Below are positions 1 to 9,334 of a DNA stretch of 64,000 bases, piece after piece. The notes under the pieces are model-generated. The model saw nothing but the letters and a program-made list of their open reading frames with translations, made no database searches and was not told where the DNA came from. Source of the stretch: an uncultured Alphaproteobacteria bacterium. Its GTDB lineage: Bacteria > Pseudomonadota > Alphaproteobacteria > Rhizobiales > Xanthobacteraceae. The position numbers and the translations under genes are program-made. Position 1 is the stretch's first letter, and each line of letters starts with the position of its first letter. The DNA lies in contig CAVXNW010000006.1 of NCBI GenBank assembly GCA_963763255.1, positions 48,670-112,669 of the forward strand, in the 5' to 3' direction.

Positions 1-409
1 GGTCGATGGCGATGAACAACGCGACCGGCGCGTTGAAAAACTCGAAATTGCGCTTGTACTGTTCGAGCCGCCCGGCGTGATCGTCGCGACCGATGCCGAG
101 CGCGCCGTAAAGCTGCACGCCGTGCTCCTCGCGCCGCGCCTTGTAGGGCTCCCACATGGTCTTCGGATAGATCGGATACTCGGCATCATCATGCCGCGGA
201 TCGTGTTCGGCGATATGCGCCGCGACCTGTCGCTTGAGTTGTGCAAGCGGTGCGCCGGTCAGCGCGTAGATGTGCCAGGGCTGCAGATTGCCGCCGGAGG
301 CCGCGCGTGCCGCGCGGGCAATGAGATCGCGCACGATCACCGGATCGACCGGCCTGTCGAGAAACCAGCGGCAGGCGATGCGGGAATCGACGGCGTCGAA
401 CACGTCCAT
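1..409 (-). CDS. nitroreductase family protein (N-terminal ~136 codons; 3' end lies outside the window)
   Basis: My own translation of the minus strand from ATG at 409 gives MDVFDAVDSRIACRWFLDRPV...GGNLQPWHIYAL...FFNAPVALFIAID. This is a typical nitroreductase-fold N-terminus with a purine-rich RBS upstream. It is absent from the ORF track because it runs off the window edge. Confidence 0.75.
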   Translation of the reverse strand, partial: MDVFDAVDSRIACRWFLDRPVDPVIVRDLIARAARAASGGNLQPWHIYALTGAPLAQLKRQVAAHIAEHDPRHDDAEYPIYPKTMWEPYKARREEHGVQLYGALGIGRDDHAGRLEQYKRNFEFFNAPVALFIAID

Positions 410-555
410 GCGGGGCAGGCCCTTTCCTTGCAGTGAAGCGCGGCGGCGCCGGCCGGCGCGCCCGTCACCGTTTCTATCTGTCACCGATGCGATCTGCTAA
501 GTGTCAGCCGGCGATCGAACAGGCTCGTTGCTAGTATAAACGTGGGGGACGCGCT

Positions 556-1200
556 ATGCACCGTCTAGCCGCTTGCATCATTCTGGTCACGCTCATTCCG
601 GTAACGCTCATGGCCGACGCTCCAGCCGCAACCAAAGGCACATCCGTTTCGCGCCTGCCGGCGCTGCCCGATCCGTCCGATCCGTATCTCAAGGAGATGT
701 TCGCCAAGGTTCGCGCCAAGGGCGGGCAGCCGCTGAACATTCATCTGGTCCAGGGCTTCGCGCCGAAGCTCGCCAGGGCGCGACTCGATATGGCCTATGC
801 GCTGCGCTACGACGTCATCACGCCGGCGCTGCTGCGCGAACTGGCGATCCTGCGCACCGGACAGATTCTCAATTCGGAATACGAACTCGACCAGCATATT
901 CCGCTGGCCAAGGCCTGCGGCGTGACGGACGCGCAGATCGCCGCACTACCGAATTGGCGCGCCAGTACGCTGTTCGATGCCAGGCAGCGCGCGCTGCTCG
1001 GCTATACCGAAGCGGTTGCGCTGCATGGCGGCGAGGTCGACGATGCCACCTATGCGGCCTTCGCCAAACAATTCAGCCCGCAGGAGATCGTCGAGCTCAC
1101 CATCACGATCATCACCTATTACGGCACCGGTCAGTTGACCAAGGCGCTCAAGGTCAAGGTGGAGACCAACGGTGCGCGCTCCGCGCCGCCGAAATGCTGA
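556..1200 (+). CDS. carboxymuconolactone decarboxylase (AhpD-like) family protein with hydrophobic N-terminus
   Basis: 214-aa ORF with family-like blocks (LRELAILRTGQILNSEYELDQH, ALLGYTEAV). It fills the gap between neighbouring genes. Confidence 0.75.
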   Translation: MHRLAACIILVTLIPVTLMADAPAATKGTSVSRLPALPDPSDPYLKEMFAKVRAKGGQPLNIHLVQGFAPKLARARLDMAYALRYDVITPALLRELAILRTGQILNSEYELDQHIPLAKACGVTDAQIAALPNWRASTLFDARQRALLGYTEAVALHGGEVDDATYAAFAKQFSPQEIVELTITIITYYGTGQLTKALKVKVETNGARSAPPKC

Positions 1201-1219
1201 AAGCGCTCGTTATTCAAGC

Positions 1220-1305
1220 GTCATTGCGAGCGGAGCGAAGCAATCCAGGGCCGCGGACATTGAGTGGCGGATTGCTTCGTCGCCCTTCGGGCTCCTCGCA
1301 ATGAC
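1220..1305. repeat. REP-type imperfect palindromic element, family 1 (GTCATTGCGAGCG.AGCGAAGCAATCC ... GGATTGCTTCG...CTCGCAATGAC)
   Basis: Intergenic inverted repeat. The same arms recur at 25356-25446 and 31952-32036. Confidence 0.85.
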
Positions 1306-1319
1306 GACGACGAGCCTAT

Positions 1320-2303
1320 TCACTCGGCCTTGATGCCGGCGAACTTGACGACCTCGCGCCATTTGGCGGTTTCGGCGGCGATGAATTGTTTGAACTGCGC
1401 AGGCGTCATCGGATCTGGCACCGCTCCCAGAGCCGCCATGCGATCGGCGAGCTTCGGATCGGCGAGCCCGGCATTGACCGCCTTGTTGACGATGTCGATG
1501 ACAGTCGCGGGCGTGCCCGCCGGTGCGCCGATGCCGAGCCAGCCGGACGCCTCGTAGCCCGGCAGGAATTCGGCCAAGGCCGGGACGTCCGGCAGGATCT
1601 TCAAACGCTGTTTGGTCGAAACGCCGAGCGCGCGCAGCTTGCCGGATTTGATGTAGCCCATCACCGCCGGCACCGGCTCGAACGCAAGCTGGACCTGATC
1701 GCCCAGCAGATCGGGAAATACGCTTTCCTTGTAGGGGACGTGAACGAGTTTCACGCCGGCCTTCATTTCGAACAGCACGCCGAGAATATGCGGCAGGCTG
1801 CCGTTGCCGGACGAGCCGAAGAACAGCTTGCCTGGATTGGCTTTGGCGTAGGCGATGAATTCGGGGACGGTCTTCGCCGGCAGCGACGGGTTGACCACCA
1901 TCGCCAGCGGAATGCCGCCGATCGAGGCGACCGGCGCGATGTCGCGAATGAAATCATAGCGCAGCTTGTAGACCCAGCCATTGACCGCGTTGCCGGCAAG
2001 CGCAAGCAGCAGCGTGTAACCATCCGCCGCCGTATGCACCACGTATTCGGTGGCGAGCCCGGTGGCGGCGCCGGGCCGGTTCTCGACCACGAACGGATGA
2101 CCCACATGCTCCGACAGGTAAGCGCAGACGAGCCGCGCGACGATGTCGGGTGAATTGCCAGGCGGCAGTCCGACGATGACGCGCACCGACCGCGAGGGGT
2201 AGGTGTCTGCGGCAAGAACGCAGGCCGGTGTTGTCAGCGCGGCGGCGCCAGCAGCCAGATGGAGAAATTCGCGACGGAGAATTTTCATTTTTTTATTCCA
2301 CAT
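1320..2303 (-). CDS. Bug/TctC-family tripartite tricarboxylate transporter substrate-binding protein
   Basis: 327-aa ORF with a Tat/Sec-like leader (MKILRREFLHLAAGAAALTT) and Bug-family blocks (SVRVIVGLPPG, GSSGNGSLPH, TPAQF..FI..E..KW). The start is more likely the internal ATG at 2288. Confidence 0.9.
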   Translation of the reverse strand: MWNKKMKILRREFLHLAAGAAALTTPACVLAADTYPSRSVRVIVGLPPGNSPDIVARLVCAYLSEHVGHPFVVENRPGAATGLATEYVVHTAADGYTLLLALAGNAVNGWVYKLRYDFIRDIAPVASIGGIPLAMVVNPSLPAKTVPEFIAYAKANPGKLFFGSSGNGSLPHILGVLFEMKAGVKLVHVPYKESVFPDLLGDQVQLAFEPVPAVMGYIKSGKLRALGVSTKQRLKILPDVPALAEFLPGYEASGWLGIGAPAGTPATVIDIVNKAVNAGLADPKLADRMAALGAVPDPMTPAQFKQFIAAETAKWREVVKFAGIKAE

Positions 2304-2370
2304 CCGTCATTCCGGATTGACGCGACGGCGGCGGGTCCGCGGGCTCGCGTCGGCGCCCCGGATTGACTCA

Positions 2371-3666
2371 TCAATACGCCTTCTTGCTGACCTCGCCAGA
2401 GCCGGCGACATACCAGCGCTCGCTGATGAGAGGCTTGCCGGCGAGCCGGTCGGCGATCCAGTCGGCGACGAGAATGGGCGGGAACGGCCCGAGGTTGGCG
2501 GCCGGAACGTTGCCAACCGAATGGCGCGATTCCTGGTAGACGACCATCTGCTTCGGCCCCTTGAGCGCCGCCATCAGCCGTTCGGAATGTTCCAGCGGGC
2601 TCAGTTCTTCCGCCTCGCCGGCAACGCACAGATACGGCACGCTGATTTTTTCGGCGTGACCTTCCCAGGTGATTTTCTTGCGGAACTCGTCGAATTCATC
2701 CTCGTCGACGATGCCCGACATGTACATGAAACGCTTCTTGAAGGTCGGCGACGCCTCCTGGAAGATCGTGTGGCAGCCCGGCTCGTGGCACACCGACATC
2801 ACCGCGCACGCCTTGATGCGTGGCTCGTTGGCGGTCAGCACCGTGCCGAACAGCGAGCCGAAGCTCGTTCCCGAGGCGGCGACGCGGGTGGCGTCGAGTT
2901 CAGGCCGCGCCGCGATCCAGTCGACCAGCGCCGGCCCCGCCGCCATCCAGTTTTCCATCGAGAAATAAAGTCCGATCATCGGCGCCTCATACTGGCCGGG
3001 CCCGTCGATCGCCAGCACCGCCATTCCGCGATTGAGAAACTTGTCGCCGTAGAGCGCGACCTGAATCTCCTTGTAGCTGTCCATGCCGGGGATCGAGATC
3101 ACCACCGGCAGTTTGCCGCCCGTGTAATTCGGCGGCAGGTGAAGCCACGCAGGGATTGCCTTGTCCTTGAACGGCACCCACACCGCTTCGACGTGATGAT
3201 CGGCGAGCGCCGCATACTTGGCGTAGCACTCACGCTTCTTGTTGTTGTAGGTGATGTTGGTCTCGTCATTCTCGTCATACGGCCATTGCGCCGCACCCCA
3301 ATGCACCGCCGCCATGAAGAAATTGTCGCGCGCACTGACTTTATGATCCGCCTGCGCGGCCGCATTGGCCTTGGCCTCGCGCCGCCGCGCCACCGCAGCG
3401 AAAGCCGGGCCGATGTCGGCCATTTTCTTCACCCGCTCGCGGATGCCGGCGAAATCGGCGTTGGCCTCGATGCCGCACGGCCCGTGGATATAGAGCGAGC
3501 GCGGCTGGTCCCAATCGATGCCGTTGGCGCGGATGATGTTGTCGATGAGCCAGCGCTGGGCGTCGAAGCGGTGCACGCGCGGCGCACCGCGGTGATCGTG
3601 AACAGGGGGAAATCCCTGGCTGGGGCGGTTCATGGGCATCCTCCGATTGGGAGCGGCGGATCGCAT
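2371..3666 (-). CDS. alpha/beta hydrolase (dienelactone / DHPON-hydrolase-like)
   Basis: 431-aa ORF with a nucleophile elbow GTSFG, an upstream PVVISIPGMDS block and a C-terminal ESRHSVG histidine region. Confidence 0.75.
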   Translation of the reverse strand: MRSAAPNRRMPMNRPSQGFPPVHDHRGAPRVHRFDAQRWLIDNIIRANGIDWDQPRSLYIHGPCGIEANADFAGIRERVKKMADIGPAFAAVARRREAKANAAAQADHKVSARDNFFMAAVHWGAAQWPYDENDETNITYNNKKRECYAKYAALADHHVEAVWVPFKDKAIPAWLHLPPNYTGGKLPVVISIPGMDSYKEIQVALYGDKFLNRGMAVLAIDGPGQYEAPMIGLYFSMENWMAAGPALVDWIAARPELDATRVAASGTSFGSLFGTVLTANEPRIKACAVMSVCHEPGCHTIFQEASPTFKKRFMYMSGIVDEDEFDEFRKKITWEGHAEKISVPYLCVAGEAEELSPLEHSERLMAALKGPKQMVVYQESRHSVGNVPAANLGPFPPILVADWIADRLAGKPLISERWYVAGSGEVSKKAY

Positions 3667-3735
3667 GGCTCCGCCGCAGGCTGGAGGCCCATTATCGGCA
3701 AGACAGATCGGGGGTTGTCAATGAGGCGTGCGATC

Positions 3736-4347
3736 TCAGAGCCAGGCGCGATCGAGACCCCGCTCCGCCATCAGCTCGGCGATGCGCTTCCTCGCATAGA
3801 ACACCCGGGTCTTCACCGTAGAGGCCGGCACGCCGATGATCTCGGCGACCTCCTCGATCGACTGCTCGTGATAGTAGACCAGATCGACGACCTGCCGGTG
3901 CGCGACCGAGAGCTGCTGCAGGCACTGTTGCAGCAGCGCGCTGCGCTCGGTCTTCTGGATGGCGACCTCGGGAGTGTCCGACGTATCCTCGATCATCTCG
4001 CCGGCTTCGTCGTCGAGCTCATCGTGCTGACGGCGCCGCATCGAGGCCAGCGCCTTGAAGCGCGCGATGGCCAAAATCCATGTCGACACCTGCGAACGCG
4101 CCTCGAACCGGCCGGCGTTGCGCCAGACCTCGAGGAAAACTTCATTCAACAGGTCTTCCGCGGTCGCGTCGTTGCCGACGATGCGCGTCAGGAAGCGAAA
4201 CACGCGCACGTTATGCCGGGCGAACAGCACCCGCATGGCGTCCTTGTCGCCGCCGGCGATCAGCTGGACCAGCACTTCGTCGGAGGTGGCCTTGGCGGAC
4301 GGCGTCCGGCCAAAGTCCGCGACGGCAGCGATCCTGTTTGTTTGCAT
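3736..4347 (-). CDS. ECF-type RNA polymerase sigma-70 family factor
   Basis: 203 aa. Region 2 (LLNEVFLEVWRNAGRF, STWILAIARFKAL) and region 4 HTH (QSIEEVAEIIGVPASTVKTRVFYARKRI) are recognisable. Confidence 0.9.
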   Translation of the reverse strand: MQTNRIAAVADFGRTPSAKATSDEVLVQLIAGGDKDAMRVLFARHNVRVFRFLTRIVGNDATAEDLLNEVFLEVWRNAGRFEARSQVSTWILAIARFKALASMRRRQHDELDDEAGEMIEDTSDTPEVAIQKTERSALLQQCLQQLSVAHRQVVDLVYYHEQSIEEVAEIIGVPASTVKTRVFYARKRIAELMAERGLDRAWL

Positions 4348-4441
4348 GACACCCTCTCCCCGTTGACTGGAACCTAAAGGCAGGGGTGCCGGGCCACTAT
4401 TCTACGTTAGGAAACCATTAACTATCGGAAGGTTGGTGAGC

Positions 4442-4457
4442 CTATACGTGCGTATAG
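4442..4457. promoter_or_regulatory. 16-bp palindrome CTATAC-GTGC-GTATAG upstream of the ECF sigma gene
   Basis: Perfect 6-N4-6 inverted repeat about 95 bp upstream of the sigma start codon. The same half-sites recur at 5023-5038. Confidence 0.45.
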
Positions 4458-4545
4458 TCCGCTGTGCAGCGCACAAATTATCCACACGCCCTGTCGGCAC
4501 GCCGGAGAACCCCCGGGCGGCAAAAACGATCGAAAAATTATTGAA

Positions 4546-4968
4546 TTACTGCTTGGTCGAACTGGGGCTGAGCGCCTTGTCGAGGCAGGCGATGAGGCTT
4601 TCGTCGTTGAACGGCTTGCGCAGAAAGCCGAACGCGCCGGCATCCATGACCCGTTCGCGGATGCGGTCCTCGTAGTAGGCGGTCACGAAAATGATCGGAA
4701 TCTGGTAGCCATCGGCAATCAGGCGGTCCTGCAGGTCGGTGCCGCTCATCCCCGGCATGTGGAGATCGGTAATCAGGCAGGACAAGTCGTTCAGGTTATC
4801 GGACTGCAGATATTCTTCGGCGGATGCGAAAACTTGTGCATCGTAACCGAGAGAACGGATGAGGCTTTGAGTAGCCTCACGCACGGACGGATCGTCGTCG
4901 ATGATGGAGATCACGTGGGATTTTGCCAATTCCAAGTTCCTACTGTGACGCAATCTAATGCATGACAA
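4546..4968 (-). CDS. single-domain response regulator (receiver only)
   Basis: 140 aa with REC hallmarks (IIDDD, LITDLHMPGMSG, IIFVTA, FLRKPF) and no output domain. Confidence 0.85.
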   Translation of the reverse strand: MSCIRLRHSRNLELAKSHVISIIDDDPSVREATQSLIRSLGYDAQVFASAEEYLQSDNLNDLSCLITDLHMPGMSGTDLQDRLIADGYQIPIIFVTAYYEDRIRERVMDAGAFGFLRKPFNDESLIACLDKALSPSSTKQ

Positions 4969-5022
4969 CGGCGACGCACACTGTACTTCCGCAAGCTTTG
5001 AGTATCGGTTCGGGATACGGAA

Positions 5023-5038
5023 CTATACTTCTGTATAG
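5023..5038. promoter_or_regulatory. 16-bp palindrome CTATAC-TTCT-GTATAG upstream of the receiver gene
   Basis: Second copy of the CTATAC-N4-GTATAG motif (extended arms AACTATAC/GTATAGTT, 5021-5040). It lies in the 81-bp gap between the FixJ-like gene and the receiver gene. Confidence 0.45.
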
Positions 5039-5049
5039 TTGCGCGGCGG

Positions 5050-5685
5050 TCAGGGCGGAGCGCGACGCACTCCCAAGGCATCCGCCATTCGTACCAGATC
5101 GGCGAGCGACCGCGCGTTCATCTTGCGCATCACATTGCCGCGGTGAACCTTCACGGTAATTTCGCTCACCCCAAGCTCGCCGGCGATCTGCTTGTTCATC
5201 AGGCCGGCGGTCACCAGCCCCATGATCTCCTGCTCGCGCGCGGTGAGCGTGTCGAAACTTGCCTTGAGCCTGGCGGTTTCACCGGCGCTTTTACGGCGGC
5301 CACGGTCGCGCTCGAGCGCCGTCTGCACCGCATCGAGCATGTCCTGGTCGCGAAACGGCTTGGGCAGAAACTCCACGGCGCCCGCTTTCATCGCCCGCAC
5401 GGTCATCGGAATATCGCCATGCCCGGTCATGAACACGATCGGAATATCGATGTTCGTCCGCGACAGCTCGGCCTGAAAATCGAGCCCGCTCAGGCCGGGC
5501 AGCCTGACGTCAAGCACCAGGCAGTTCGGGCCCTCGGGCAGCTTGATTTGCAGAAATTCCGGCGCGGTGGCGAGCGCCTTCACCTGCAAACCGACCGACC
5601 GGAACAGGCTCGACAGCGCCTCGCGCAGATTGGCATCGTCGTCGATGACGAAAACCGTCGGCGGCAGTTCGGTCGGCGGGCTCAC
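5050..5685 (-). CDS. FixJ/NarL (LuxR-HTH) family response regulator
   Basis: 211 aa: REC domain (VFVIDDD, LVLDVRLPGLSG, KPF) plus a C-terminal LuxR-type HTH (LTAREQEIMGLV..G..NKQIAGELGVSEITVKVHR). Confidence 0.9.
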   Translation of the reverse strand: MSPPTELPPTVFVIDDDANLREALSSLFRSVGLQVKALATAPEFLQIKLPEGPNCLVLDVRLPGLSGLDFQAELSRTNIDIPIVFMTGHGDIPMTVRAMKAGAVEFLPKPFRDQDMLDAVQTALERDRGRRKSAGETARLKASFDTLTAREQEIMGLVTAGLMNKQIAGELGVSEITVKVHRGNVMRKMNARSLADLVRMADALGVRRAPP

Positions 5686-7649
5686 GAGTTTGAATCCGAT
5701 CCCGGACGGCCCGGCAACACGATTCGAAAGATCGAGCCGCGCGGTTCGGCCGCGGCCGCCGACAGCTGACCGGCATGCCGGTCGACGATCATCCGCGACA
5801 GCGCCAGACCGAGGCCCATGCCCTCCGCCTTGGTGGTGACGAAAGCGTCGAAGATGCTCTCGAGCTGGACGGGATCAATCCCCGGTCCGGAATCCTCGAC
5901 CGCAACAAAAATACGATTGCCGGTATGAGGCCCGGTGTGGAGCCGCAACACCCGGCGGTTGCCGTCGTCGCCGTGCATCGCTTCGATCGCGTTGCGGATG
6001 AGGTTGATCAGGACTTCCTGCAACTGTCCGCGATGGCCGGTCACCTGCGGCAGGTCTGACGCCAGGTTGTGCGCTGCGTCGATGCCATGGTCGTCGAACT
6101 CGCGCTGCAAGCCGTTCAACACGCCGCGAACCAGATCGTTCATGTCGATCGGCTCGTAGCCGCGGTCGGCCTTGCCGAACAACGCACGGATATTGTCGAA
6201 AACCTGGCTGGCGCGGTGACTATCGTTGACGATCCGGTTCAGCGCCAGACGGACTTCGCCGATATTGGGGGGTGTGTGGCCGAGGAAGCGTAACGCCGCG
6301 CCGCCATTCGATGCGATGCTCGCCAGCGGCTGGCGTACCTCGTGCGAAATCGACGCGACCATCGCCTCGAGGTTCATCAGCTTGTTGTTGCGCTCGCGCT
6401 CAAGCTCTTCGACCGAGCGGATGAGTTCATCCGTGCGCCAGCGCAGCTCGGTCAGAAGGCGGGTATTTTCGATGGCGATGACCGCCTGGGCTGCAAAATT
6501 TTGCGCAAGCACGATCTGCTGCTCGGTGAACGGTCGAACGGTGGAGCGCATCAATACGATAATCCCGACCGGACGCCCCTCGCGCAGCAGCGGCACGCCG
6601 AGCACCGTGCGGTAGCCGAGTCTTTGCTGCGCCTCGTGCAGCTTATAGCCGGGATCGGCGAGCACGTCGGCAACCTGGACAGGTCTGCCTTCGCGCGCCG
6701 TCCGCGCCATGACGCTGCCGTCGCCCGGCTCGAACGTCACGCCGCCGGCCACTTCCTTGTGGTCTTTCGGCCCGCCGTAGATCGCGTAGGCGCTGAAATA
6801 TGACCGCTCCGGATGGATCGCGGCGAGGTCGGCGCCGCACTGCCGCGCAACGAGTTCAATCAGTGTGTCGAGCACGGTCTGCAGATCGTAGGTCGAGCGG
6901 CTGACGATCTTGAGCACTTCTGCGGCTGCCGCCTGCTGTTGCAGCGTTTCCTGCAACTCGTGCAGCAGGCGCGCATTTTCAGCCGCGACGGCCGCCTGCG
7001 CGGCGAACGCCTGCACGATCTTGATCTGCTTGCTGGTAAAGGGCCGGACCACCTGGCGGCCGACCGTGAACGAACCGACGAGTTCATCCTCCTTGAGCAA
7101 TGGCACTGCCAGCGCGGTGCGTACGCCGCCAAGCTCGACGGCCGTGACGGTCGACGGATTGCCCGCGAGATACGCCGGATCTTTGGCGAGGTCGGCGATG
7201 TGAATGGGACCCTTGCGCTTGAGCAAGCGCACGGTGGCGGAATTCTCCTCGAGGCGATACGGCGAATTCCGACGCACCTCGATGAAGGCATCAGGCATGT
7301 TATGCGTCGCCGCAAGATGCAGCGCGTGACCGTCCCAGCGATTGATGACGCCATTATGCGCATCGCAGAGCCGAACGGCGCTCGCCAGAATGCTGGCGAA
7401 GACCGGCTCGAGATCGCCGGACAACTCGCTAATAAGGTGCAACACCTCGGCGGTAGCATGTTGCTGATCGGCGATGTCCTTGCGCTCGCGCTTGAGCCGC
7501 GCGAGTTCGGACTCCCAGCGGCCAGCGGACACGCGGCGGTTGCGCTTGGACTTGGCCTTCGCGGACACAGCGCGACGGCGTCGCACGGCAACCGACTTGC
7601 CGCGCACCGGCTTCCCCGGTCCGCTGCCTGCTTTTGCGCGCCGTCTCAT
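5682..7649 (-). CDS. sensor histidine kinase with two GAF domains (cytoplasmic; basic N-terminus)
   Basis: 655 aa with two GAF-like repeats, each followed by AAQA..A.EN.RLL. It has an H-box (SISHEVRQPL) and N/G boxes (NLIRNAIEA, DSGPGI, GMGLGL). Its stop overlaps the FixJ-like start by 4 nt. Confidence 0.9.
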   Translation of the reverse strand: MRRRAKAGSGPGKPVRGKSVAVRRRRAVSAKAKSKRNRRVSAGRWESELARLKRERKDIADQQHATAEVLHLISELSGDLEPVFASILASAVRLCDAHNGVINRWDGHALHLAATHNMPDAFIEVRRNSPYRLEENSATVRLLKRKGPIHIADLAKDPAYLAGNPSTVTAVELGGVRTALAVPLLKEDELVGSFTVGRQVVRPFTSKQIKIVQAFAAQAAVAAENARLLHELQETLQQQAAAAEVLKIVSRSTYDLQTVLDTLIELVARQCGADLAAIHPERSYFSAYAIYGGPKDHKEVAGGVTFEPGDGSVMARTAREGRPVQVADVLADPGYKLHEAQQRLGYRTVLGVPLLREGRPVGIIVLMRSTVRPFTEQQIVLAQNFAAQAVIAIENTRLLTELRWRTDELIRSVEELERERNNKLMNLEAMVASISHEVRQPLASIASNGGAALRFLGHTPPNIGEVRLALNRIVNDSHRASQVFDNIRALFGKADRGYEPIDMNDLVRGVLNGLQREFDDHGIDAAHNLASDLPQVTGHRGQLQEVLINLIRNAIEAMHGDDGNRRVLRLHTGPHTGNRIFVAVEDSGPGIDPVQLESIFDAFVTTKAEGMGLGLALSRMIVDRHAGQLSAAAAEPRGSIFRIVLPGRPGSDSNS

Positions 7650-7861
7650 TGCCCCCCGTCCGGGGCCAAAGGATTAGCATCCTAACGCCCCCCAACAGCA
7701 TAGCCGAACTGCGCCAGCGCGCCTATGGCGGAGCGCGAATGGCACGTTTGAAAATGCGGCGGGCAAATGCCGTCACAAAGCCGCGACTTCAGGCAATTTT
7801 GCGGGTCGGGGCGACCTTCAGTCCTCTTGCAATCACCCTGAAAAATCGGTGACTTGGGGCG

Positions 7862-9241
7862 ATGGATGCTGTCGTCGAACGCCCGGCCACGCGGGCACCG
7901 GGTCCCACCAGCCTTCGTGATGCATTCAGCGTATGGGCACAGATCTCCGTCGCCGGCGTCGGCGGGGCCGCGTTGCAGCTCGCCACCATGCACCGGCTGC
8001 TGGTGCAGGTGAAACGGTGGATTTCGGAAGACCGTTTCTTCCACGCCCTGAGCTATTGCATCGCCTTTCCCGGACCCGAGACGCAGCAACTTTCGATCTA
8101 TGTGGGGTGGCTGACGCAGCGCATGCTCGGCGGCATCATTGCGGGCGGCCTGTTCGTGCTGCCCGGCGTCGTTTGCATGATGGCGCTGACGTTCGGCTAC
8201 GTGAGCGGCGGCGATTCCCCGCTGGGGCACGCCATATCGCTCGGCATCAGGCCCGCCATCCTCGCCGTCATGGCCGAGGGCATCCTACGCTTCGGCCGGC
8301 ACGTGCTGCACAGCCCGTCGATGGCGGTGCTTTCGGCAGCGTCATTTATCGCCGCCTTCATCAGAGTCCCCTTCCCCATCATCATGTTGACCGCCGGCTG
8401 CATCGGCGCGATTGCGGTCTTGAGCGGCTACCGCGGCCTGGCCCGGCCCATCCCGGCCGCGAAATTCGACACCGGCGCCGATGCCGAGCACCGCGAACTG
8501 CCCAAACACGCCGAGCCCAATTTCAAGCAATTCATCGTCACTCTGACCTTCTGGCTGGTGCTGTGGCTGGCGCCGCCGATCACCCTCTTGGCCGTGTTCG
8601 GCCTGCACAACATCTTCACGCAGATTTCGCTGCTGTTTGGCAAAGTGGCCTTGATGGCGGTCGGCGGCGACTACGCCGTCGTCGCCTATGCGACCGAGCA
8701 GGTCGTCACCTCATATCATTGGCTGTCGTCCCGCGAAGCTCAGGAAGGCATCGCGATGGGCGAAATGGTGCCGGGAACGATCATGATCGTTACCCAGTTC
8801 CTCGGCTCGGTCGCCGCGTTTCGCGACCCCGGCCAACTGCCGCCGCTCGTCGCCGGCGCACTCGGCGGATTGCTGGCGACATGGATGACGATGTGTCCCT
8901 GCTTCCTCTGGATCATGCTCATTGCGCCGTTTCTCGAGGGGCTGCGCCGCAACACTTTCCTCAACAGCACCATGCAGGCCGTGACGGCCGGGGCGGTCGG
9001 CATGATCCTCAATCTCTCGGTCTGGTTCGGGCTGCGCACCTTATTCGGACAGATCGAACGTATTCATTTCAGCTATTTCCGGTTTGATTTCCCGATTTTC
9101 ACCACCATCGATTTCTGGGCGTTGGCGCTGTTTCTGTGTGCGCTGCTGGCGGTCTTCCGCTTCAAGATCGGCACCGCGGCGACATTGATCGGATCGTCGG
9201 CCGTCGGCGTTGCGCTGTACATGCTCGGCCTCGCCGTATGA
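7862..9241 (+). CDS. chrA: chromate ion transporter (CHR family), duplicated-domain type
   Basis: 459 aa, polytopic. The N-terminal block FSVWAQISVAGVGGAALQLATMHRLLV..KRWISEDRFFHALSYCIAFPGPETQQL is typical of ChrA. Confidence 0.85.
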   Translation: MDAVVERPATRAPGPTSLRDAFSVWAQISVAGVGGAALQLATMHRLLVQVKRWISEDRFFHALSYCIAFPGPETQQLSIYVGWLTQRMLGGIIAGGLFVLPGVVCMMALTFGYVSGGDSPLGHAISLGIRPAILAVMAEGILRFGRHVLHSPSMAVLSAASFIAAFIRVPFPIIMLTAGCIGAIAVLSGYRGLARPIPAAKFDTGADAEHRELPKHAEPNFKQFIVTLTFWLVLWLAPPITLLAVFGLHNIFTQISLLFGKVALMAVGGDYAVVAYATEQVVTSYHWLSSREAQEGIAMGEMVPGTIMIVTQFLGSVAAFRDPGQLPPLVAGALGGLLATWMTMCPCFLWIMLIAPFLEGLRRNTFLNSTMQAVTAGAVGMILNLSVWFGLRTLFGQIERIHFSYFRFDFPIFTTIDFWALALFLCALLAVFRFKIGTAATLIGSSAVGVALYMLGLAV

Positions 9242-9334
9242 CAACGCGCGACGCAGCCCTGCTGCGACTATTGAGCTGCGACCATTGACAAGACCGCCGC
9301 GCCCGCCATCCTGACCGCCGCAACGGAGGCTCAC

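Noticed and set aside
2203-4377. 724-aa plus-strand ORF spanning the hydrolase and ECF sigma genes
   Set aside because: It is antisense to two well-supported minus-strand genes. The translation is Arg/Gly/Pro/His-rich with no domain pattern, a typical high-GC shadow ORF.
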